Assembly (NCBI RefSeq): GCF_018977255.1
Contig: NW_024704743.1
Location: forward strand, 37,016,001-37,080,000
Source: Callorhinchus milii
Lineage: Eukaryota
Reading direction: 5' to 3'
Length of the DNA stretch: 64,000 bases
Part shown: piece by piece, positions 25,775 through 36,910 of the stretch
How positions within the stretch are numbered: the stretch's first letter is position 1
Layout of the letters: every line of letters starts with the position of its first letter
The notes under the pieces: generated by a model
The model's database searches: none
What the model saw: the letters and a program-made list of their open reading frames with translations, nothing else
Told to the model about the DNA's origin: nothing
Position numbers and translations under genes: made by a program

Positions 25775-26349
25775 AAACAAAAAGTCATCCAGGCTTTTGT
25801 CACCTTGAGACTAGATTTCTCCAACGAACATTTTCTAGCAAAACATTTCACAGGAAAAACTGTGCAATGTATAAACTGATGTGAACCAGTTCTAGTTTAT
25901 AGTGCAGTAAAATGCTATCCAATGCTAAACACGGGCATACTAAAACAGAAGATTTGAATGGAAACCTTATGCTGCTTCTTGGGTTAAATATCAAGGACAG
26001 TGATTCTTGAGCAATTTAACATGAGAGGAGTATCCAGTAACTATAAAGAGAAACTTCAGAATTGTGTGATTAATAATCTTATAAGAATCCCCTTTTAAAA
26101 TAATAGAAGACAAAAATCTCAAAACCAAGGCAAACTGAGTTGACACCTCAAGTTGAAATCAATACTAGAGAAACCGCGAACATTTAATGAGAGAACTGGG
26201 AATTGGCCTATATTCAAGACCGATCTGAAGCCATCTTAACATCAAGTACAGACAGTGATGGTATAAATTACAGCAACCAGGAAAAGTCAATAGCTTATCC
26301 ATATTAACAAACAGGGCGGGTCTACTCCAGGACAATACACAAAACCACT

Positions 26350-27242
26350 GAATAATAATCCTTGCATTTGATATGGCACCTTATCAATTCACTTTACATG
26401 AAGTGCATGGGGCGTCGAGAAGACGTGAAAAGCGCTATAGCAAATGCAAGGATTATTATTATTATTATTATCACACTGTTGAGACATCTCAAAGCGTTTC
26501 ACAGACTGTACTGTAAAGTGGATTGACTATATCTTGTGGGCAAAATGGGACAGCCAGTTGCGCACAGCAATAACCCACAGATAAGACATGGAGTGAGTGA
26601 CCAATTTTGTTTGGGGGATTGGAGTCCTGTAGCTCAGTAGTTAGAGCACTCGCCTCGCAAGTGAGAGATATGGGTTTGATTCCCGGCAGGGCGAAATCTT
26701 GGGCAAGTTTCCTGGAGTCCTGTAGCTCAGTGGTTAGAGCACTCGCTTTGCAAGTGAGAGACCTAAGATCAATTCCAGGCAGGAAACCTTGGGCAAGTTT
26801 CCTTACTCCACACAGAGCCTAATAATAATCCCTCAAAAAAAAACAATAATAAATTGGGCATTTTCAATCTACGACTGTTTGTGGGACATTGCTGTGCGCA
26901 ATTGGCTGCCGCGTTCGCGCACAAATATAGTCAATTCACTTTACAGTGTGTTCTGTGAAGCGCTTTAGGACGTCCTCCCGACGTGAAAAGCGCTATATCA
27001 AATGCAAGGATTATTATTATTATTACTCCACACACACCTGATAATAATCCCTCAAGAAAAAAATACAATAATAAATTGGTCACTTCAATCCACGACTGTT
27101 TGTGGGACACTGCTGTGTGCAATTGGCTGCCGGGTTTCGCTCACAAAATATACAGTCAATTCACTTTGCAGTATATTGTGTGAAGCGCTTTGAGACGTCG
27201 AGAAGACATGAACAGCGCTATATCAAATGCAGGGATTATTAT
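26350..27242. mobile_element. SINE cluster, including a double-headed plus-strand copy (26621-27025)
   Basis: Two tandem tRNA heads (26621, 26714), a full body, an extra body at 27025-27242, and tail fragments on both strands upstream. Confidence 0.88.
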
Positions 27243-27244
27243 CA

Positions 27245-27530
27245 AAAAACAAAACACAAAATACTGCAGATGCTGGAAATCTGAAACAAAAAGAGAGAGA
27301 GAGCTGGGAACACTCAGCAGGTCAGGCAGCGTCTGTGGAGAAAGGAAAGGGAGTCAACGTTTCGGGTCCACGACCCTTCGTCAGAACAGAGCGGGTTGGG
27401 AGGGGGAGGCTTTTAAGGACAAGTTGAGGGGGGGGAGGGGGGGGGGGGAGGCAGGAAAAGGAAGACAAAAAAGACAAAGAAGAGAATGTGCTTGTTGATG
27501 GGTTAAAGAGGTGACAGTGGCATAAAACAA
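27245..27530 (-). mobile_element. Penelope-like terminal repeat fragment
   Basis: Homologous to 33010-33244 (...GACGCTGCCTGACCTGCTGAGTGTTCCCAG...TTCAGATTTCCAGCATCTGCAGTATTTTG). Confidence 0.8.
27353..27387 (-). ncRNA. Minimal type-I hammerhead ribozyme motif
   Basis: GUU-CUGACGA-A-GGGUC(GUG)GACCC-GAAAC-GUU-GAC: core boxes, 5-bp stem II, palindromic AACGUU in place of stem III. Confidence 0.6.
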
Positions 27531-27890
27531 AAGGGGGGGGGAAACAAAACTGGGGAGAGAGAGAGAGAGAGAGAGAGGGCGGTGTTAGTTGTATGAACAA
27601 GGATCATTATTATTATTGGCCGGAACACCAGAAGAAACTCGCTTCTCTTTACGAATAGTGCCATATGGGATCTTTAACGTCCGCCTGAACGCACCGACGG
27701 GGGCCTCAGTTTAACATTTAACAGTGTTTTGGTCACACACTCACACACACTCACTCACTCACCAGAAAAACCCGCTCATCTTCGCGGGGCCGCCGTCGCC
27801 CCCTCAACACCAGAGGCCTCGGACTGTCACTAACAGGGCCAGAGCCTGCGCCCGCCGCCTCGACCCACGGCCCCGGGGACCCGCACTCAC

Positions 27891-28090
27891 ACCGCCCGCC
27901 GCTGCCCCTCCGGACCTCTCCCTACTCCATTCCGCGCAGGCCTGGTCGGGGCCTCACAGCGGCCAGGCTGCCCTCTCGGTGACTCGCGACCAGCGCCGCC
28001 CGTTACCCTGGACACCGGAGCCTCCTTCAGCACACACACGCCCCGCGCACCGGAAGTTAACCGCCACTTCCGGCGCCGCCCGCCATCTTG
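27891..28090 (-). other. ZDHHC3: ZDHHC3 putative non-coding exon 1 (5' end approximate)
   Basis: In the CpG island; minus-strand donor GTGAGT (plus actcac 27885-27890). The next exon has an acceptor 28 nt before the ATG, so an upstream exon is required. Confidence 0.6.
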
Positions 28091-28489
28091 AAGCCGTTTC
28101 GTGCTGCGAGGCAACAATCACGTGACCTCACAGACACGGCGCCCGAGCCGCTGGAAGGGTATCTCGTCGCTGATTCCGAGCTCTGGTTGTTTTTTTATTT
28201 GAAATCGTCGTATCGCTCGAACTGTTGCCTATCGGGGCGGGGAGAGCTTCCTTGTCAAAACTAGACCCTCGTAGCGGGGGAAAAAAGCAATGGCGTTTGC
28301 CAAAGCTGACGTCACCGGCCGCGGGGGGGGGGGGGAGGTCACGGCGGCCGAGGCGGGAAAGCGCGCGGTGACGTCGCGCGAGTGGGTGCGGCTCGGGCCG
28401 GTGACGCTCGAGCCCCGCCTCCTCCTCCTCCTCCCTGGTGTCGTGGGTGATGACGTGAGGTCCCGCGCTTGTAACCACCAGCAACCAAG

Positions 28490-28546
28490 ATGGCGGCGGT
28501 GCTGCTGAGCGAGGCGGAGAAAGTGTATGTGATGCATGGGGTGCAG
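28490..28546 (+). CDS. EXOSC7: Exosome complex component RRP42, exon 1
   Basis: MAAVLLSEAEKVYVMHGVQ then donor GTGAGA. Confidence 0.95.
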
Positions 28547-29420
28547 GTGAGAGGCCGCCACAGGGTGTACTGTATAATACACACACACACACACACACAC
28601 ACCAGCTGTGCCGACCCGTGGCCGCCACACTTGCGACCAAAGGATCCAATATGCAATGTAGGTTTGCGTAGTGATGGCTGAGGTTCGGGTTGGTTTTGAG
28701 CTGTTGCTGTTACCTTATACGACAGGTCCCACAACCTTCGGGGATCTCTCTTCGCATCCACTGGAATTCTATACATTAAGGAGAGGGGCTAAACCCCCTC
28801 CCCCCTCCCCCCAGCCCCAGGTTGAAGCCCCAATTCGAGCCCCGGGCTTCGCCCTCCCCGGCTCGTCGCTGCCCGGCCGCGGCGCGGAGGAACCCGGAAA
28901 CCCCGCGGCCTGACCGAGCCGACCGGCACCCGCCATCGGCCCAACTCCGACACGGTGATGCCCGGCGGCGGCGGCAGCAGCAGCAGCAGGAAAAGCCACC
29001 TCGCCGCCGCCATCTCGTTCCCGCCACTTGGGTTCATCCGAGTGCAATGCGGCGTGCCATAGTCCCTCCCTTCCCTCCCCTCACCCTGACCATTTCCCCC
29101 CTGCTCGGGTCATGACCCAACTGTGCAGCGCCTTGGGACGTCCTCCTGACGTGAAAGGCGCTTTATAAATGGAATCTTGTTGTTGTTGTTGTTGGGAGTT
29201 GGCGCAGCCACCGGGTGCAACTGCGTATGTGTAACTGCCATACACGTGTGATGAGCTTGTTTAGATCACAAATCATCAACGATAGGAGATCCCCGAAAAT
29301 ATGCCGCTTGCACTCCTCGATGCAATACCTTTCCAATGAGGTATTGGAAATCATGTCTCTACTCCAATCGGTTATTGAGATCTTGGCTGATAATAATAAT
29401 AATTAATTATTAACTACAAG

Positions 29421-29737
29421 GTGGAGTCCTGTAGCTCAGTGGTTAGAGCACTCGCTTTGCAAGCGAGAGACCTGAGTTCAATTCCAGGCAGAGGGCGAAA
29501 CCTTGGGCAAGTTTCCTTACTCCACACAGAGCCTAATAATAATCCCTCCAAAACCAAAAACAATAATAAATTGGTCATTTTCATTCTACGACTATTTGTG
29601 GGACATTGCTGTGCGCAATTGGCTGCCGCGTTCGCCCACAAATATAGTCAATTCACTTTACAGTGTGTTCTGTGAAGCGCTTTGGGACGTCCTCCCGACG
29701 TGAAAAGCGCTATATCAAATGCAAGGATTATTATTAT
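29421..29737 (+). mobile_element. Young full-length tRNA-derived SINE with L2-type tail
   Basis: Head GGAGTCCTGTAGCTCAGTGGTTAGAGC (A box)...GAGTTCAATTCC (B box), TGC anticodon-like loop, L2-like 3' end, (ATT)n tail. Confidence 0.92.
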
Positions 29738-29994
29738 CTTGCCTGATATGCACACACACATTGTTGTTTTATTAGTTTAGATAGATATACACACATACAC
29801 TATATGGTATCTGTGGTTACGTGAGGGGCTGAAAAGCGGGTTTAAAGTGGACAAACCTGCAGAAACTGGCAGGTGTCACTGTGGGGCTGGAGGCTCACAA
29901 TGTTTCACACAAGGGATCTGCAAACACAACTTTGTACAAAGCCTCATATTCTCTGGCCAAAGGTAAGTATACTGGAAGCCGAACTGTGATGTAT

Positions 29995-30545
29995 ATAATT
30001 CTCAGTTTGGTTTGGATACTCTTAAACATGGTGATGGGTTTCCACACGTGTCAGGAACTGGTAGTCTGGTTTCTGAGCCAGACAGGTCCGCAGTATTCCA
30101 GGGCACTGCTGATGACAACACAGCCAGCCTGGCTCATCAGCAGGACCTGAAAAGGCAAACCAGTCACCGGGGGCAGGGAATCATCCCACTCAACTGTTAA
30201 CCCTGCAAGCCAAAGCCCTAACGGGTTGCGTGGTCCTAGCTGGACAAGCTAGCCGGACAGCAATGTCAATGGCAAGCTATGCGGTGTTAACTGGTTAAAC
30301 TCCAGCAATACCCCAATGCACATTATGGGGTTCCCAAGCCTTTGCTCTTGCCAACCTGCACCTAATACTTTCCGGAATTAGGTAAGTAGGATGCATCCTT
30401 CGAGGGAGGATGCATATTCCATTCCAACAATCTAGCTCTAGGATTTGATTTCCATGTCTAGGTGGGAGGCATGGAAATCTCAGCTTGGTTTGAATACTTT
30501 TCAGCATGGTGATGGGTTTCTGCATGTGTCAGATACCCGGCTGAC
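29995..30545 (-). mobile_element. Old non-LTR relic, probably Vingi/Ingi-like
   Basis: SALEYCGPVWLRN and twice KPITMxKSIQTKLR; homologous copies at about 880-1110(+) and 59507-59640(+). Confidence 0.5.
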
Positions 30546-32258
30546 CCCCAAAAAATTATGTGGATATTTCTTACATTTGATATAGCGCCTTCCGTGTCAG
30601 CAGGATGTCTCAAAGCTCTTCACAGGATATACTGTAAAGTGGAGTGACTGTGCACCTTGTGGGTGAATACAGTAGCTAATTGTGCACAGTAATGTCCTAC
30701 AAACAGCTGAATACCGGAAGCTACAGCGAAATACCGTTAGTTGGAAGACACAAATTGGTCATTTCTAATTTCAATTTTGCCAGCACTTTACCTAATTCTT
30801 TTGCTGCTCAAAATACTAAGAGCGTGGAAAGAGAAAGTGTATCTATAATGCTTAGAATTTTTCCACAGTTCAAGCTTGTATAATACAAAACATTCTCTGT
30901 GCCCGATAGTGTACTCCACTGCAGTCCCAATGAGAAACGATAACTTGCATTTATTTAGCGCCCTTCACACAGGATAGCATCTTGTAGGACTGCAGGGTGG
31001 TAGGGTTGGATGCTGATTAAGGGAATAAGGGGAAGTTGACCAGGGGTGCAGTTGAAGAGGTAGGTATTAAGATGGAATTTAAAGACCGATAAAGATGGGG
31101 TGAGACACAGGGTTTGAGGCGGGAGGTTCCAGTGGTTATGGGCATAGTGGCTGAAGGAACGGCCTCCTGTGATGCCATGGAGCAGCTGGGGGACACGAGC
31201 AGGCCTGTACCAGCTGAAAGAAGAGAGCAGGCATTCGATTGAAGAGATAGGTATTAAGTTTGGAGATAGTGAGGGGTGTCTGTAATTCTCTCCTGCATTT
31301 ATTTCCCAGGAGTCAGACCTAAAGGTAGAAGAGAAATTACGTGAACCAAGCATTACCCCTTAGTGAAATATTAATAATTCTTGCATTTGATGTAGCGTCT
31401 TATCACATCTTCGAGAACATCTCAAAGTGCTTCACAGATAATACTGTAAAGTGAATTGACTATATTTTGTGGGTGAAACTCGACAGCCAATTGCCCACAG
31501 CAGTGTCGCACAAACAGTGGTTGATTGATTGGCCAAATTATTATTATTTCATTTAATTTTTTTGAAGGGTTTATTACCCTCAGAAAAACAATCCGCCAAA
31601 CGTCCAACAACCTGGTTCCCAATTATTGCTAAGTCAGGGTGGTCCAACCTTTTGGTTACCATGGGCCGGATTCCTTTTTTGAGAAACGTCTGTGGGCCAC
31701 AAGCAATATTTTGTGTTTCCCTTCCAAAAACATGACAGCATTTACACAGCACCCTTTTCATGTTGGAAGGATATCTTGGCACTGTCGGCTGGGCACCCGG
31801 GCTGGGTGTGGGAGCTGAGAGAGGTGGGATGGGAAGCGGAAAAGATGACCAAAAGCGTGCTCAACGAGTTAGGTCTTTACATGCTTTGAAAGAGGAGAGG
31901 GAGTTGTAGGGACTCCAGGAATAGAACAGCAACAAAATTACACGTATATAGTGTATTTCACATTGGAAATGGATAATATCACCCACCGATCTGGTTGGGT
32001 CCAGTGGCTGGCAGTTGGCCCACACTGCTGTAGGTAAACAGAGGCGTGTGGGGTAAGGAAACTTGCCTAATGTTTCGCCCTGCCCTGGAATCAAACCCAA
32101 GTCCTCTGGTTTGTGAAGCAAGTGCTGTAAACCAATATGCTATAGAAGTCTTTTTAACTCTCCATTAGCAAGGTCCTGAGCTGAATGACCATTTAGACAG
32201 GTATTCCCACAGCAACAGGTAATTTATTTGGACACATCGTGCTTTTTGTGTTTTTTAG

Positions 32259-32360
32259 GATGATCTGCGAATTGATGGTCGTGGATGTGAAGATTACAGA
32301 CACATTGAAATCGAAACAGATGTTGTATCAAACACAAGCGGGTCTGCAAGAGTGAAAATT
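32259..32360 (+). CDS. EXOSC7: EXOSC7 exon 2
   Basis: DDLRIDGRGCEDYRHIEIETDVVSNTSGSARVKI (RNase PH-type RxDGR motif), TAG/GTGAGT. Confidence 0.97.
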
Positions 32361-32754
32361 GTGAGTTCCATGCTGTGCTAAATGGAAATAACTGTCTTGC
32401 AAGTTTACTGCATTACAATACTGAAGTTGCACTAACATGCACATGCACATCAAATAGAACCATAGAAATGTACAGCACAGAAGAAGGCCATTTAGCCCAC
32501 CTTGTCTCTGTCAGCTAACTCAGGAGCAATCCTTTCAGTCCCATTTATCCCCCTTTCCCCGAACCCTTGTAGCTGACTCTTTAAGATATTTGTTTAGTTC
32601 CTTCTTGGCCAATATGGGTTCTGCCTTAACCTCTGCTTCCAGCAGGGCATTCCATATCCTAACCGACATGAAGATCCTTCAGCTGTGTATAAACACTAAA
32701 GGTTTATTTATTACACTCCACCAATTATTATTAGTTTATTATTTACTACCACCA

Positions 32755-33244
32755 GTGTAGTTTACTGTATTCGCTGCACACGATGTGTTCTCCTCTACAT
32801 TGGGGAGACCAAACACAGATTGAGTGACCAATTTGCTGAACACCTCTGTTCTGTCCACAAGCACAACCCTGAGCTTCCAGTTTCTTGCCACTTCAACTCC
32901 CCCTCCCACTCGCACTCTGACCGCTCCATCATTGGTCTCCTACGCTGTTCCAATGAAGCACAGCGCAAGCTCAAGGAACAAAACCTCATCTATCTGCCCT
33001 CCTTTGTTTTGCATCATTAACACCTCTTTAACCCACCATTTTCTCTTTTGTCTTTCTTGCCTCACCTCCTCTCTGTTAGTCCTTAAAACCTCTCCCTCCC
33101 AACATCCCCCAGTTCTGACGAAGGGTCAGGAACCTGAAAAGTTGACCCACTTTCCTTTGTCCATAGATGCTGCCTGACCTGCTGAGTGTTCCCAACGATC
33201 TGTGTTTTTGTTTCAGATTTCTAGCTTCTGCAGTATTTTGCTTA
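32755..33244 (+). mobile_element. Penelope-like element fragment (GIY-YIG endonuclease + terminal repeat)
   Basis: From 32757: VVYCIRCTRCVLLYIGETKHRLSDQFAEHLCSV...VSCHFNS...RKLKEQNLI, typical of the PLE GIY-YIG domain, followed by the repeat end shared with 27245-27530. Confidence 0.85.
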
Positions 33245-34039
33245 TTAAGAGTATATTTATGCTATATGGTATTTTGAATCTCTTGTGTTAATGTCCAGAC
33301 AGGCCTTGGAACTAAACTTGCTTTCAGGTACTTGAGATACAGAATGTTGCAACCAGCAGTGTGGATTCGGAATGGGAACGTTGTCGAGTGATGATGAAGG
33401 AAAACTAGGAAGACATTTCATCTCATTAATCTAGCTTTGTTTTTAGTGAGGGCTTTGAAGTTCAACACCTGGATTCAATTCCTAGCATGGTGAAATTTTG
33501 AGCAAGTTTCCTTACTCCACATGCCTCTGTTTACCTAGCGATAAGTAGGAACCCGGCTGTTTGTGGGACACTGCTGTGCGCAATTGGCTCCCGCGTTTTG
33601 CCCACAAAATATATAGTCAATTCACTTTACATCTCAAAGACGTAATAACATCAAATGCAAGGATTATTATTACTGAGTGTTTGTCAGCTGGAGAAATGTA
33701 ATGTTGATGGGTTAAATGATTCACCTAAGTTCAGGTGAAGGAGGAAATTGAAAGCTAAAAGGAATTTGGTACTTGTAATTTACTTGTGTTCCAGAATCAA
33801 TGCCTGTTTTCCATTAGCTGCTAGATCAGAAAACTACCTTGAAAAAACACCATAGTAGATATAATAATAATTCTTGCATTTGATAAAGCGTTTTATCATA
33901 CCATTGAGACGTCTCAAAGGACTTCACAGAATGTACTGCAAAGTGAATTGACTGTATTTTGAGGGAGAAATGCAACAGTCAATTGCGCACAGTAGTATCC
34001 CACAAATAGTTGTGGATTGTGTGACCAAATTATATAGAA

Positions 34040-35330
34040 TCATTCGGCCCTTCGAGTTTGTGCCGGCTCTTTGATTAGAGCAATTAATGTCAATCCCACT
34101 CCCCAGCCTTTTCCCCATAACCCTGCAAACCCGTCCTCTTCAAATACCTATCCACCGCATTTTTAAAAGTAGTTATCGAATCGGCCTCGACCACCCTTTC
34201 AGGCAATGTGTTCCAGATTCGAACAACTCGCTGTGTGAAAAAAATTCTTCTCACCTCCCCTCTGCTTCTTTTAGAGACTATTTTGAATCTGTGACCTCAA
34301 GTCACTGACACACCCACCAGTGGAAACAGTTTTTCCCTTTCTAACCCATCAAATCCCCTCATGATTTTGAAGACCTCTATTAGGTCTCCTCGTAACCTTC
34401 TCTGCTCCAATGAGAATAATCCCAGCCTCTCGAGCCTTTCCTCATAATCAAGGTCCCTCATTCCTGGTACCATCCTCGTAAATCTCCTCTGCACACTTTC
34501 CAATGCCTTAACTTCCTTCCTATAGTGTGGTGCCCAGTACTGGGCGCAGTATTCTAACTGAGGTCTAACCAGTGTTTTATATAGGTTAGTCATAGCCTCC
34601 TGACTCTTGTACTCTATGCCCCTATTTATAAAGCCTAGAATCCCATATGCCCTTTTTACAGCTTTATCAATCTGTCCTGTCACCTTCAAGGATTCATTTA
34701 CCTGCACTCCCAGGTCTCTCTGTTCCTTCAACCCCCTTAAGATCCTCATCCTCACCTACAAAGCTATTCACGGCCTTGCTCCCTCCTACCTCTCTGACCT
34801 ATATCCCCCTACCTACCTGCCCGTACCCTCCGTTCCTCTGGCTCCGGTCTGCTCCACATCCCCTGCCCCAACCGCCCTACCATCGGTGGCCGGGCCTTCA
34901 GCCTCTCAGCCCCGAGGCTCTGGAACTCCATCCCCCAGTGCCTTCGCCGCCTCCTCCCTTTCCTCCTTCAAGGCCGGTCTCAAGACCTTTCTCTTTGACT
35001 GTACCTTCAGTTCCCCTCTCGACTCTCTACCCCCCCCTCGCTCCCTCCCTCCCCTCACCCTGACCATTTCCCCCCTGCTCGGGTCCTGACCCAACTGTAC
35101 AGCACCTTGGGACGTCCTCCCGACGTGAAAGGCGCTCTATAAATGGAATCTTGTTGTTGTTGTATTACCGGCCTATATTGCCTCCCTTCATTCTTTCTAC
35201 CAGAATGCATTACCTCGCATTTCTCCACATTGAAACTCATCTGCCATGTGTCTGCCCATTTTACCATTCTGTCTATGTCTTCCTGCAGTTGACTACTATC
35301 CTTCTCACTGTTTACTACCCTACCTATGTT
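34040..35330 (-). mobile_element. CR1 LINE 3' fragment, interrupted by L2
   Basis: WADTWQMSFNVEKCEVMH...[L2]...EQRDLGV...LYKTLVRPQLEYCAQYWAPHY...GLFSLEQRRLRGDLIEVFKI. Confidence 0.92.
34737..35162 (+). mobile_element. L2 3' end nested in a CR1
   Basis: KILILTYKAIHGLAPSYLSDL through the (TTG)n tail. Confidence 0.9.
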
Positions 35331-36815
35331 TAGGGATTATAACAACTAGAAAGCAATCTGCCAATTGGCTAACAACCAGATTCCTACTTCCTGCTAGGTA
35401 AACAGGTGTGTGGAGTAAAGAAACTTGCCTGAGGTTTCGCCCTGCCTGAGAATCAAACCCAGGTGCTCTCGCTTCTAGGAGCACTGAGTTTAAAACTGAC
35501 TTCCATCATTGTTTTTCATAATATTAGTGACAGTTTGTGACTAGCTTTGCCTATGCCAGAGGTGATAGATGAAATTGAGAGAGTTTCGAAATTAAATTAA
35601 ATTATCTGACCTGACGGTTGAAACAACCTGGATTGTGATGTTGATGACTTTCGGAAAATAAGTTTCACCTTAATTTTCTTTCCAATTTGTGGACCTATTA
35701 TCCTTGCCCAATAGAGCTATATAAATAGCATCAAGCAGTACTATTGTTGAGTTTGAAAAACCACAGCCCAACTAATGTTACAATGGTAAGGTATTTTCTT
35801 TCCCAGTTCCTGATCACTTTTTCTCAAATGTTATTAATCTTTTTTTTTACAAATTGCTTTTTCCGGCTCTCGCCTACCATCTATGGTATTTGTGCCTCCA
35901 GGGTTAAGAGCGAGTGCTGGCATGAATCCAATTTAGACCTAATAAGAAGTTATGACCTGGATAATGTTTATCAGTCAAATATGAATTTTTAATTTTGCAG
36001 TCATTTCTATGCACTGTTTTGTTGCTGCAAGCGAAAATAGTAATGAAACAAATCTCTTCTTTAGAGTCTGTGTGAATCGAGAATTGATGGGGTATCAGTC
36101 TCAATTTTCTAAATGATGAGAACTCTCGTGTATGGAAATTGTGTTTTAATTTAAAGGGCAGTGATGCAGACAAAACTGCGAGCATTATTCTGGTTATTAA
36201 TTAGCATTTCTGATATTTAGGCAAATCACTGGTATTTTTTCATCCTTGCAAACTCTCTATGTTTTATTGATTGTCTACAAACCAGGCATCTTCTGCTTTG
36301 ACATTTCTTGCATTTGGATAAATTGGGATGCTAACCAGAAATGAAAGATCTTTTCTAGTAGAAAAATCCTACTTCTAAAAACACTTTTATTCCGCTGAAC
36401 TGAGTTCTGAGAATTGTTAAGCGGCCGAGTTTCCTGTTGCAGCGATACTACAGAACTTTTTCCAAGTAAAGCAATCAATGTGAGACCTCACAGGATATAT
36501 TCCAAGCTATTGATTTTGAGACTCCCAATAAAAAATATATCTAATCTGCCCACAAAATACATCCAATATATAATTACCAACAAAAATACAGCTACTACAT
36601 TTTACAGTGAATCTTGTAACGCATTCAGGTTCATGCTTCTAACGTGAAATGTATTTTCACTACTTATTATATTTTTCTGCATAAAAATATACATTTCACC
36701 TACCACTGTCAGATATATGTGTTTGTTGGAGACTGTTTTCCACAAAGCCTGCCCAGATATGAACACTCTGAAATACACCTAGTGATGTTTTCATCCACAT
36801 GTTTTTTTCTCTCAG

Positions 36816-36910
36816 GGTCATACAGGTGTTCTGGTTGGAGTTAAAGCTGAAATGGGAGCACCCAAGCTGGAGAGACCTAAAGAAGGCTTTTTGGAATTTT
36901 TTGTGGACTG
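36816..36910 (+). CDS. EXOSC7: EXOSC7 exon 3
   Basis: GHTGVLVGVKAEMGAPKLERPKEGFLEFFVD(C), 95 nt, CAG/GT. Confidence 0.95.

Larger units (their letters stand above)
27770..29060. promoter_or_regulatory. CpG island / bidirectional promoter of ZDHHC3 and EXOSC7
   Basis: Only CpG-dense segment of the window. ETS/GABP motifs (CCGGAAGT 28050-28057, ACTTCCGG 28066-28073), YY1 motifs (CGCCATCTT 28081-28089, AAGATGGCGG 28487-28496), E-box TCACGTGA 28118-28125, CRE TGACGTCA 28307-28314 plus further TGACG half sites, GC boxes. Confidence 0.85.

Noticed and set aside
27724..29115. Many overlapping 70-170 aa ORFs
   Set aside because: Stop-codon depletion in a GC-rich CpG island; only EXOSC7 exon 1 has recognisable homology.
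29423..29492. tRNA-Ala(TGC)-like sequence
   Set aside because: It is the SINE head: no acceptor stem closure and always followed by the SINE body in many copies.
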